Shown here: positions 52,815 to 61,740 of the stretch, piece by piece
Layout: each line of letters begins with the position of its first letter
Position numbering within the stretch: the first letter of the stretch is position 1
Source: Myxococcota bacterium
GTDB lineage: Bacteria; Myxococcota; XYA12-FULL-58-9; JABJBS01
Direction: 5' to 3'
Assembly: GCA_036339465.1 (NCBI GenBank)
Contig: JAYZAY010000011.1
Location: 96,001 to 160,000, forward strand
DNA length: 64,000 nucleotides
Notes under the pieces: model-generated
Database searches by the model: none
The model's input: the letters and a program-made list of their open reading frames with translations, nothing else
What the model was told of the DNA's origin: nothing
Program-made: the position numbers and the translations under genes

Positions 52815-53454
52815 CTATTCTTGAGCGTTTTCCTCTGATTGCGAACGTGTTCCGGTGAGGGAAAACATACAATCGTCATAATCTCGGTCTCCCCCGCCGT
52901 ACAAATCGTCAAAACCGAATTCCTGGCTGCCATCTTCAAAGGTATCAGCTCTGGCGTGGATTTCATGGTTGGGGTGTCGCTCGGCTCCCCCGGTGTAATA
53001 ACTCTTGCCGGTATTTTTCACGTCCAGTCTGAAAATGAGTTCGGTTCCTGCGGGGAACTGCCCTAGATTAACGATTGTGCCTCTATCTGCAGAGTTGCAG
53101 ATAAATGTGTCGGTATTGTCTAAATAGAGTTCGTGGCGATAGCCAGCATTTTTACCTAGGCATTCAATGGTGACGCAGTCGCTTTGGCTGGATACCTCCA
53201 ATTCACCGCCCACGATAGTCCCAGGAACCACCGGTTTTTCTTCCTCTGGCTCTTGCTCTTCTGCAGCAACCCCTGGAGCTTCGAAATCAATGACGTCGGT
53301 GATTTCGCCCCCTTCAAGTCCTATCTCGCTTTGATGCGGTGGTGTTTGCACCAAAATATCCGTCCCACAGCTGGCCGAGCATCGTAGGCCCGCGAAAAAA
53401 GATCAGTGCTTGTCGACGCGTACCCGTGGGATGGCGCCCAGTGGTGATTTTCAT
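52815..53454 (-). CDS. DUF4114-like protein, probably a lipoprotein with a frameshifted signal peptide
   Basis: C-terminal FGFDDLYGGGDRDYDDCMF; the RBS-preceded ATG at 53454 is one base out of frame with the ORF 52815-53354. Confidence 0.55.
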
Positions 53455-53790
53455 TGTTTTCCCCTCAGTTAGATGAATCCCAGTTAGGTGAATTCAGGTA
53501 ACTAAAAGCAGTTCTTGTGCCAGGTTGGGTGTGAGGGGGGAGTGGTGTTTAAGGGATTAGAATTACTTCGGCTTTTTTCTAAATTGGTGGGAAGACCACC
53601 GAGTCTTGTGTTAAAAAATCTTGTCGCGAGCTGGGGGAATCACCGGTTAAGCGATTATTTTAGGGAGACAATCATGGAGGTTGTTAAAAAATTTTAACGC
53701 CAAAAAAATGGTCGATTTTGGAAGGTGAAAGTTTCGCGTTTTGGGGATGAATAGAGGGGTGGTGGAAAGTCCAGTGGATTGGGTTTGGGG

Positions 53791-54606
53791 TTAGCTTTGT
53801 AGACTCAGAAGGGTTGCTTTGTTCTCATTGTCTATGTGCTGCATTTGTATGGCGGCCTTAAGTCGCATCGCTTGAATGACTCGATGGGCGCTGTCGTCAA
53901 TATAGTTGGTGTCCTCAATGGTGGCCACACTGGATTGGAGGCTGATCTTCCGACTGCTTAGGTGGCTATCGATGGCTCCATACCGATTGTCCGACGCACC
54001 AACATAGGCTCTTGCTCGATTCAGTTGCTCGAAGCCTTGGTCAATCGTGTCGATGCTGGCTTGGGCACTTACTTGGGTGTCCACGCTGCTTGCATGCAAG
54101 CCGAGGCTATTTAATTGGGTGTCGGGAAGATTCAGTTCTGTTTGATTGTTTGCTTCTGGTCCCGTCTGTGTTTGGAGTAAGCCGCCCTGGAGGAGTGCCT
54201 GATCGTTGAAGGAGGTGGTTTGGGCAACCCGATCGAAGTCTTGCTGAAGTTGGGAATATTCGTTTTGAATCGTGGCTCTTTGTCCATCGTTGAGGGTGCC
54301 ATTGGCGCTCTGCACTGAGAGTTCTCTCATGCGATTTAGGAGCTCACCCTGGCTGTTTATCGCTTCATCCATAATGCTGGTCAGACTTTGGCTGTCCCGC
54401 ACATTTTGGGAAGCCATATCCATGGATGCATTTTCGGCCTCCAGCTGATCTAGGATGGCCATGGAGGTGGGGTTGCCAGCGGCGCGATGGATACGGTTAC
54501 TCGAGCTGGTTCGCGCCATGTTTTTTTCAAGTCGCTCTTGTACCTGTTTCTGATCTCTTTGTATTCGAGAGGTAACTGGCTGAATCTTCATTGAATCTTC
54601 TCTCAT
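53791..54606 (-). CDS. Flagellin-like protein (orphan, short, divergent termini)
   Basis: LNRMRELSVQSANGT, R..IQ.E..QL...DR.A.TT.FN, AQ.SI..ID......RA..GA..NR. Confidence 0.85.
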   Translation of the reverse strand: MREDSMKIQPVTSRIQRDQKQVQERLEKNMARTSSSNRIHRAAGNPTSMAILDQLEAENASMDMASQNVRDSQSLTSIMDEAINSQGELLNRMRELSVQSANGTLNDGQRATIQNEYSQLQQDFDRVAQTTSFNDQALLQGGLLQTQTGPEANNQTELNLPDTQLNSLGLHASSVDTQVSAQASIDTIDQGFEQLNRARAYVGASDNRYGAIDSHLSSRKISLQSSVATIEDTNYIDDSAHRVIQAMRLKAAIQMQHIDNENKATLLSLQS

Positions 54607-54739
54607 CCTCTTCCCACAATAGGTCTAGCGGTGGTGTTACCAACCGTCAAGGCACCACCAGCCAATAGGATATCATAACGCCTTATCTTTGGTTTGAGGA
54701 GGGGGTTTGTGCTGGCTTTGGTTGTTTCGGGGTATTGCT

Positions 54740-55426
54740 TTAGGTGCCAACAGTCCAGGGAAATCCAGGCGCTCCCTCAATTCCCCTCTCCCGGCGTATG
54801 TAGCCGAGGAACGGATTGTTTCTTAGTTCTTCGTCGATGGTGGTCATGGGACCGTGGCCGCTGTGGACCCGAAGATGACCAGGGAGTTGAGTCAACCGAC
54901 GGAGACTCTCCACCATGAGTTGTGGATCGCTCATGGGAAAATCGGTGCGGCCAATACTGCCGGCGAAAAGGGTGTCTCCCACCAGAATATCCCCATCGTC
55001 AAACCAGCATCCTTGGCCGGGGGTATGGCCGGGGGTCGAAAGAAAGCCCAATGTGAGGTTGCCCAATTTCACTTGAGCGCCATCCTTTACTTCGTGGTCA
55101 ATGCGTCCACAGGGCCGATCTAGGTGGGGCATGCCGAACATTGTACCCTGCATAGGCAAGGTTTCGAAGAGGGGGCGATCATCGGCGGGCATGTATGTGG
55201 GGACGTCCCATTTGTTTTGAAGAAAAGACAGTGCTCCAGCGTGATCAAGGTGTGTGTGGGTCAGTAGGATCATTTGAATATCGGGAGCGGGATCGAGCGC
55301 TTTGATCCGTTGAACAAGTTCATCGGTTTCACCCGTGTCCACGATGGCGGCTACACCGGTTTCTGGATCAGAGATGAGATAGGTGTTGACCGAAAAGGCA
55401 CCGACTGTAAAACATTGTACTTTCAC
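54740..55426 (-). CDS. MBL-fold hydrolase (glyoxalase II/YcbL-like)
   Basis: THTHLDHAG, TPGHTPG, GDTLFAGSIGRTD, GHG, NPF. Confidence 0.9.
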   Translation of the reverse strand: MKVQCFTVGAFSVNTYLISDPETGVAAIVDTGETDELVQRIKALDPAPDIQMILLTHTHLDHAGALSFLQNKWDVPTYMPADDRPLFETLPMQGTMFGMPHLDRPCGRIDHEVKDGAQVKLGNLTLGFLSTPGHTPGQGCWFDDGDILVGDTLFAGSIGRTDFPMSDPQLMVESLRRLTQLPGHLRVHSGHGPMTTIDEELRNNPFLGYIRRERGIEGAPGFPWTVGT

Positions 55427-55484
55427 CCGTGTCTCCTCTTTTGAATGGCCGTCTTTTTCTAGAGAGTGCTTATCGGTTCCTCTC

Positions 55485-55510
55485 GAACCTTACAACCGGT
55501 GGTAAGGTTC
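55485..55510. other. Perfect 9-bp inverted repeat (terminator or operator) between the MATE and MBL genes
   Basis: GAACCTTAC-N8-GTAAGGTTC. Confidence 0.45.
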
Positions 55511-55523
55511 TATCTCCTTTTTC

Positions 55524-56876
55524 TTATTGAAGTTTTTGAGTTGGTATTTGGGTCTCGTCGAGGATGGTTATCCACTTACCTCGGTAGAGGGCCCATGCTT
55601 TAAGAATTGTTTTTAGGTAGGTGGTGATATTGATGGCCCACCAAATTCCCGCAGCGCCAAAGCCCATGGGGAAGGCGAAAAGCCAGCAGAGTGGAATTCT
55701 GGAAATGTTAAAAGGCATCGAAAACCAAAAAATGGTTTTGGTGTCTCCGGCGCCTCCTAGGACCCCTTCAGTAAATGATTCCCAAGCGACGAAAATTTGG
55801 GACGCAGCGATGATAAGTGCGTATTCAGTGGCCGCTTCGTGAACCATGGGATCTTCAGTGAACAAACCTGTTAGAGTGTGACCGACGAAAAAGAAGATCA
55901 AGCTCGCAGCTAGGCCACATAGGGATGTGGGGAGCAGAGCCAGCTTAATGATGCGCCAGGTTTGTTGGGGGGCTTGGGCACCAAGCGTTCGTCCCACAAA
56001 GGAACTAACGGCCATGGAAAGACCATGAAAACAAGGCCAGGTAACACCTTCTAAGGCAGAGAATCCTATACCCAGTGCGGCATTCACGTGAGGCCCCAAA
56101 GGTGATACAGAGGTGAAAAGAAGCCCCCAGTAAACAAGGGCGTATGAAATTGTCCCTAGGGACATGGGCAATCCTATATCGAGAATCTTACGAAGCTCCC
56201 CTCGAATACGAAGGTCGTCGCATTGGAGGCCTACGTTTTGGATCAGGATGATTAAACCGATGGCTGTTCCGAGGCTTGTGCTTAGGGCCGATGATAGAAT
56301 AGCGCCAAAAACGTCTAGTTGGAGAACTTGGATAAAGAGAGGCGTCAGACACATATTTGTCGTTAGGATTAGGCCATGTAGAATCATGGGCACTCGGGCG
56401 TTCCCCATGGCGATGAAGCATTGATCCACGATGGGGGATAGAACCATGGGGAGGGCGAAGAGCATGAAGTACTTGATGTAAATGGTTGCAGCTTCACCGG
56501 TTGCTCCAGACAAACCGAGCAGTGTACTCAGGGTTTGAGGAAGAACGAAGCCAAGGCCAGCTGTGAGGACGAACAGGATGAGTCCGCCCGTAAGTGTATT
56601 TCCCAAGAGTCGCTTAATCTCATGGGGGCGTTTTGCGCCAACGGCATGGGCAATCAGTGGACTAACCCCGGCCGACAAAATCAGGTAGATCCCTGAAAAA
56701 AGGATCAGAACAAAAGAAGCCGAGCCCACTGCGGCTTGAGATTCCGTGCTGGTAAATTGTAACCAGTATTGATCAACGAGACGGTAGCCGTGCCTGAGCA
56801 CTGAGAAAACAACACTCGGGATGGCCAGGCTAATGAGGTCTCGAAGTCCAAGATTGTGAAGATCTGGCTGATTCAT
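55524..56876 (-). CDS. MATE family efflux transporter
   Basis: LAIP..., LVD, AAVG, GN...PM, GAGDTK, GAAGIWWA; about 12 TM segments. Confidence 0.9.
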   Translation of the reverse strand: MNQPDLHNLGLRDLISLAIPSVVFSVLRHGYRLVDQYWLQFTSTESQAAVGSASFVLILFSGIYLILSAGVSPLIAHAVGAKRPHEIKRLLGNTLTGGLILFVLTAGLGFVLPQTLSTLLGLSGATGEAATIYIKYFMLFALPMVLSPIVDQCFIAMGNARVPMILHGLILTTNMCLTPLFIQVLQLDVFGAILSSALSTSLGTAIGLIILIQNVGLQCDDLRIRGELRKILDIGLPMSLGTISYALVYWGLLFTSVSPLGPHVNAALGIGFSALEGVTWPCFHGLSMAVSSFVGRTLGAQAPQQTWRIIKLALLPTSLCGLAASLIFFFVGHTLTGLFTEDPMVHEAATEYALIIAASQIFVAWESFTEGVLGGAGDTKTIFWFSMPFNISRIPLCWLFAFPMGFGAAGIWWAINITTYLKTILKAWALYRGKWITILDETQIPTQKLQ

Positions 56877-57036
56877 GAGAGTGCAACTAAGGACTTTATG
56901 GTTATTTGCCAAGGACTTGTTATTCTCGCTGAAGATCTCTAGGGAGTCATTGAGTGAGATTGTCAATCATGGGGCATTGACGTCTGGATGATCAAAATCT
57001 TTGTTTTAGAAGGTCACTCACCCATGGTGGATAGGA

Positions 57037-57615
57037 TTGACCGAGGATGGGGTTTACAGGATGTTCTCAGGAAGAAAGTTATTCTTACTCATTGTGGGTA
57101 TTGGTGTGGGTTCTTTTATCGGGCTTGGTCTGATTCTACCGGAAACCTATACGGCAGAGAAAGCGATTCTAATTTCGGCTGAACCCTCAAGTGTTTTTCC
57201 ATGGATCAATGAGACCAAGAAACACCTAGAATGGTCCCCCTGGGCAGCCAGCGATGAGACTTTGGATTTTCGTTTTGGGCGTCAATTTGCTGGCGAAGGT
57301 GCTTGGTATGAGTGGGAGAGCGATAGTTCCGGAAGAGGTCGATTGATTTTGGAACGAATTATTGAAAACAAGAGCGTTGCGTTTCGGCTCGATTTTAATG
57401 AGTCCCGTGAAGCTAAGGGACTCATTCTTCTTCAGCCCATGGGTCAAGATACTCGTGTCGTATGGTCATTTACCGGGCAAGCGCCAAATTTAATAGGCCG
57501 ATATTTGGGGCTGATGGTCAATTTACTTGCAGGCCCTCTTTTGAACGATGGCCTAATTCGATTGAAAATGTTGGCCGAAGGAAAAAGGCTCATTGAGCCA
57601 GGAAAAAACTTATAG
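57037..57615 (+). CDS. SRPBCC (polyketide cyclase-like) protein with N-terminal TM segment
   Basis: WSPW...D, GEGAWYEW, GRG, TRVVW, GLIRLK. Confidence 0.8.
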   Translation: MTEDGVYRMFSGRKLFLLIVGIGVGSFIGLGLILPETYTAEKAILISAEPSSVFPWINETKKHLEWSPWAASDETLDFRFGRQFAGEGAWYEWESDSSGRGRLILERIIENKSVAFRLDFNESREAKGLILLQPMGQDTRVVWSFTGQAPNLIGRYLGLMVNLLAGPLLNDGLIRLKMLAEGKRLIEPGKNL

Positions 57616-58086
57616 CCGCCAGGGGGTTCGCCCGCCACATGCGAGCATGCTCTGTCCCATATAGGGATTCTCGATTTTATCGGTATTTTGGACCCACTTT
57701 GGGTAACCAATGACCATTGGGCACTGGTATAAGAATCGGCCTTTTTGGAATTCCGGATGTTTGATGAGTAGGGCAACGATTTCTTTGCTTAGGTCACCGT
57801 ATAACGACCGTTCTTTTTCGATGTTGCCTTGGGTGTAATCTACAAGAGCTTTTGCGGTTTGATTAAGTTTTGAGAAACTTTGACTGATTTTATGTAAGTT
57901 CTTACCGAGCACCGGGAGCTTATGGGGGCGGTCGTTTACCAATTCGAGTCGCATGACCTCGTATATTTTCAGGATTTCTCTGATAACATCCTTTTCTTTT
58001 GGGGCGGCCGTAGCCTGGGAAGCCGTAGCCAGAAATAAAAGTGTTGGGAGAGAGAAAATAGATAAAATTTTGTGCCTGTTTTTCAC
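57610..58086 (-). CDS. DUF3347-like secreted protein (heavy-metal-binding CPM motif)
   Basis: Signal peptide, Y....LVND, YQCPM, W, I.NPYMG.SMLACG. Confidence 0.8.
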   Translation of the reverse strand: MKNRHKILSIFSLPTLLFLATASQATAAPKEKDVIREILKIYEVMRLELVNDRPHKLPVLGKNLHKISQSFSKLNQTAKALVDYTQGNIEKERSLYGDLSKEIVALLIKHPEFQKGRFLYQCPMVIGYPKWVQNTDKIENPYMGQSMLACGGRTPWRL

Positions 58087-58179
58087 GGTGTGGGTCCTTT
58101 TCTTACTTTAACCTCTTATCGCTTGAGTGTTGTGCAAGCGAGAGAGTCAGCAAATTTTTCTGGGGGCAATGGCGATCTT

Positions 58180-60324
58180 TTATTCTGGACGTGATTCGTT
58201 GAGCCACTTTTTAATGGTGGTCTCTAACTTATTGAGGGTGACGGGTTTGGTTAGGTAGTCATTCATCCCCGAATTAAGAACGAGTTCTTGGTCACCGGGC
58301 ATTGCTTTGGCCGTCAGAGCAACAATGGGGATCTCCTGAAATTCTGAATCCTGTTCTCGAATTGCCATGGCTGCTTCATAACCATTCATTTCCGGCATCA
58401 TGCAATCCATAAGAATGAGGGCATAGGAATCTTGTTTACATGCCGCAATACATTCTTTTCCGTTCGCGACAATCTCAGGAGAATAATCGAGTTCTTCGAG
58501 TATTCCTCGAATGACTTCTTGATTCACAGGATTGTCTTCGGCGACGAGTATTTTGGTTTGTGAGGTGGTTTCAGCATTTTCTTGCGTGGTTTTGCTTATT
58601 TCTACTTTTTGGGATTGGGGGCTTGTTTGCTGAATATGAACGCCGCTCTCTGCCAAACTATGTCGAGTGACGAGTTCGGAGTTCGGGGGTTGGATTTCAT
58701 CGGCCACCAGCGTTTTAAGGCATTTGAGAATTTCGTTTTCGCGGATGGGCTTTTGTAGATATGCATTGACCCCGGTATGCTTGCACTGTTGTCCGTGTCC
58801 CCGTTGGGGAAAGGCAGTAAGCATAATGATGGGTGTGGAGTGATAACACTCAAAACTTCGTAGTTGTCTGATGACTTCGAATCCGTCGAGGCCAGGCATG
58901 TACCAATCGATGATTATGAAATCATAAAAGATCCCTTCTCTCGCTTGTGTCATGATCTGCTCGATTCCTTCGCGTCCACTCTCAGAGAACGTCATTTTTA
59001 TTTCGTGGGGGGCGAGGATACCGTGTAGGGTTTCGTGGATTATTTGGCTATCGTCGATGATATAGAGGCGCTTATTGCGAAGGGCCACTGAGCTTTGAGC
59101 CTCCTCAGGTTGATCTTCAGGGGGGGGCATGAGCTTAATCGTGAACCAAACAGTAGTGCCTTCGCCAAGGATACTACGAACTCCGATTTCACCTCCCATG
59201 AGTTGGACGATTTGCTTTGATATAGCGAGCCCTAGTCCGGTGCCACCGAATTTTCGATTCGAACTACCATCTGCTTGGTTGAAGCTTCGGAATAGGTCCT
59301 TTTGCCCTGCCTCGCTGATGCCGATGCCCGTATCCTGAATTTCTCCGTAGAGCGTGATGGAGTCAGTGGTTTCTTCTTGGACCGAAATCCGAATTTCCAC
59401 TTTACCCTCGCTGGTGAATTTCAAGGCATTACCAATAAGGTTTGTCAAAATTTGTCGGAGACGACCCGGATCTCCCCGAAGAGTCTGGGGAACACTGGCC
59501 TCTATACTTGCTGTTAGCCCAATACCCTTGTGTTTTGCTTGTGGTGAGAGGAGGATTATTAAATCTGAAATTGTGTGTTGAATCTGAAAGTTGACTTCGT
59601 GAAGTTCCAATTTCCCTGCTTCGATTTTAGAGAAATCGAGAATGTCGTCGATAATCGTAAGTAGCGCCTCGCCTGATCTTTGCACGGTTTGTGCGTAGCG
59701 CTTTTGCTTCTCTGAGAGTGATGTCCGTAAAAGAAGCTGGGTCATTCCGATAACACCGTTCATTGGGGTTCGGATTTCATGACTCATATTGGCTAGGAAT
59801 TGGCTTTTGAGACGGTTTGCGGCTCTCGCCTTTTCGTTGGCAAGCTTGAGGCTTTCTTCGATGCGGTTTCTTTCTGCGATCTCATCTGCTAGCACGGTAT
59901 CGAGTTCACGTGCCTTCCAACTTGAAGCGGCTGAATATAGAGCGGACTTGATCTCGAAATACGATATTGGTTTGGTGTAATAGGTAAAGTTCTCGCCGAG
60001 CACATTGAAGGTAGCATCGAAAGGGAAGTCCAGCTGATGAGAAATAAAAATGAACTGTATATTTTCAGAGAATTGTCTGAGCTGTGTTGCTAACTCTATG
60101 CCACTTAGACCAGGAAGGCCGATACCTAAAAAGCAAATGGATGGGGTATAACCCTTATCCATGTAATCTAAGAGAGCTTCGCCCGAGCGAAAACCTCTTA
60201 GGGAAAAATGGAATTCTTGGAGTACCATAACATCGTCGTCTATCACCGATTGTATGAATTCTAGGTCCGAAAGACAATCCTCGACGATTGCGATTTCCAG
60301 GAACCGTGTGCGTGGCACTTCCAT
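58180..60324 (-). CDS. Cytoplasmic hybrid histidine kinase (pseudo-REC - HisKA - HATPase - REC - REC)
   Basis: FLANMSHEIRTPMNG, NLIGNALKFT, DTGIG, GGTGLGL, IDWYMP, LMDCMMP; first REC has G at the phospho-Asp position. Confidence 0.92.
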   Translation of the reverse strand: MEVPRTRFLEIAIVEDCLSDLEFIQSVIDDDVMVLQEFHFSLRGFRSGEALLDYMDKGYTPSICFLGIGLPGLSGIELATQLRQFSENIQFIFISHQLDFPFDATFNVLGENFTYYTKPISYFEIKSALYSAASSWKARELDTVLADEIAERNRIEESLKLANEKARAANRLKSQFLANMSHEIRTPMNGVIGMTQLLLRTSLSEKQKRYAQTVQRSGEALLTIIDDILDFSKIEAGKLELHEVNFQIQHTISDLIILLSPQAKHKGIGLTASIEASVPQTLRGDPGRLRQILTNLIGNALKFTSEGKVEIRISVQEETTDSITLYGEIQDTGIGISEAGQKDLFRSFNQADGSSNRKFGGTGLGLAISKQIVQLMGGEIGVRSILGEGTTVWFTIKLMPPPEDQPEEAQSSVALRNKRLYIIDDSQIIHETLHGILAPHEIKMTFSESGREGIEQIMTQAREGIFYDFIIIDWYMPGLDGFEVIRQLRSFECYHSTPIIMLTAFPQRGHGQQCKHTGVNAYLQKPIRENEILKCLKTLVADEIQPPNSELVTRHSLAESGVHIQQTSPQSQKVEISKTTQENAETTSQTKILVAEDNPVNQEVIRGILEELDYSPEIVANGKECIAACKQDSYALILMDCMMPEMNGYEAAMAIREQDSEFQEIPIVALTAKAMPGDQELVLNSGMNDYLTKPVTLNKLETTIKKWLNESRPE

Positions 60325-60330
60325 GGTTAG

Positions 60331-60369
60331 ATTCTATGGCGTGAGGTTTGGTTGGTGCAACCTCTTTTG
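60331..60369 (-). promoter_or_regulatory. Putative leaderless sigma70-like promoter of the hybrid kinase
   Basis: Minus strand CAAAAGAGG-TTGCAC-N18-TAGAAT-N6-ATG; no Shine-Dalgarno sequence. Confidence 0.55.
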
Positions 60370-60543
60370 GATCCTTTCGGATCTGCTCAATGTTCACGCC
60401 GGCGCCTTAATCCCCGCCCTTGGATTGTGGTTACTGCTTTTTGTGCAACGATTCGAATCTGAGCTCCGACTAAGGGTAACGAACAACCACCAGGCGCTCT
60501 AGAGGTTTGCCAAACAAGCGAGAAATGTATGCCATCCCTGTTA

Positions 60544-60666
60544 TCACAACCCGATCCCATCATCGAAAGTTTGTAATTGGTGTACCACTGAGTTTATGGT
60601 TTCCAGCTCTTCCTGAGAATCATCAACCACGGCGAGATTTAGTAAACGAACGTCCGACTCTTGCAT
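60544..60666 (-). pseudogene. Truncated receiver-domain paralogue (40 aa)
   Basis: MQESDVRLLNLAVVDDSQEELETINSVV resembles the kinase N-terminus MEVPRTRFLEIAIVEDCLSDLEFIQSVI; stop at 60544. Confidence 0.65.
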
Positions 60667-60672
60667 CTGTAA

Positions 60673-60711
60673 ATTCTATGTTGCGCTGGGTGAGTGATGC
60701 AACCTCTTTTG
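60673..60711 (-). promoter_or_regulatory. Second copy of the same promoter
   Basis: Minus strand CAAAAGAGG-TTGCAT-N18-TAGAAT-N6-ATG. Confidence 0.55.
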
Positions 60712-61076
60712 TGGAGCGGTGACGGGGTGAAGGAGAGAGGCCTCCCACCAAAGCCCATGGTCTATCTCCTCGTCATTGCGCATCTTGGTGGAAAGAGCGG
60801 TGAGTTGCATGGTGTTGGCGCCGTTTTGCTAGCTCAGGCCAAGTGGCTCTTATAAAACAAGGGGTAGGTGGCTATCCGCCCCCATCGTTTCATGTTAGTT
60901 CCGGGCCGGTGTATGGCATATCCAAGTCCGTTGTGGAGGGAATAGAATGGTTTGGTCAAGTATTTAGATTTGATTCGTGCTTCTGTTATCGGCTCTATTA
61001 CCTAAGGATAGGTTTTGTGGGATTTAGGGCGTTTATGATTGATGCTAAAAGTCATCATCATGTCTGAGAGGTTAGT

Positions 61077-61415
61077 TTGTATTTTCACCAGTGGCTCAAG
61101 CGAGCCAGGGATTTAAATCGAGCTCTGGGTATCGAGGCCAGGGAAACCAAAGAGCTTGCCCGATTGGTCAGGAGAAAGTTAAAGGGTCACCGATTAGAGC
61201 CAGAGGAACTTCAATTGGTGAATGAGCAATTAAAGGACTTGGTAAAAATGGTACCACTAACACTGCTCCTGGCGTTGCCTGGCGGCGCATTGCTCTTTTT
61301 GTGGTTCGAAAAAATATTTCCGGTGAGTATGCTCCCTTCGGCGCTTCGCGGCTTGGTCAGGGAGGGAGGTCGATTGAATGACTCGAAGGATGCGCCTTCT
61401 TTTGGAAGAGATTGA
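61077..61415 (+). CDS. Small LETM1-like domain protein
   Basis: ETKEL..L......L..EE.....EQLKDLVKMVP......LPGG. Confidence 0.6.
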   Translation: MYFHQWLKRARDLNRALGIEARETKELARLVRRKLKGHRLEPEELQLVNEQLKDLVKMVPLTLLLALPGGALLFLWFEKIFPVSMLPSALRGLVREGGRLNDSKDAPSFGRD

Positions 61416-61698
61416 AAAGGGAAAATTGCGCCTTTTGTCGGAAGATCTCGTGAATGGCTTACCAGGACGACAGAATCTATATTTGAACCGAAAGCATTTG
61501 ATTTGGGTCGTGAATCGAAAGTCCAGATTTTTGCGAAAGGATGCAGACCGCTTTTTGGAGTGGCAGGCAAAGCTTAGTCATTCGCTCAATTGTGAATTAA
61601 AGGGGACTGTTTTAGTTTGTCATGCGCCCATCTGCTCTAAAGCGCGCGCCCATTTTGAGAATTGCGGAGGAGAAATCCTTGGCCCCCAAGAGCTTTGA
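61378..61698 (+). CDS. Hypothetical protein
   Basis: 106 aa ORF with GGAGG RBS, RKSRFL.KD, APICSKA. Confidence 0.55.
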   Translation: MTRRMRLLLEEIEKGKLRLLSEDLVNGLPGRQNLYLNRKHLIWVVNRKSRFLRKDADRFLEWQAKLSHSLNCELKGTVLVCHAPICSKARAHFENCGGEILGPQEL

Positions 61699-61740
61699 AA
61701 GAGAGTCCCGGGTGACTCCTTGTTTAAGACTGGCTTATCG

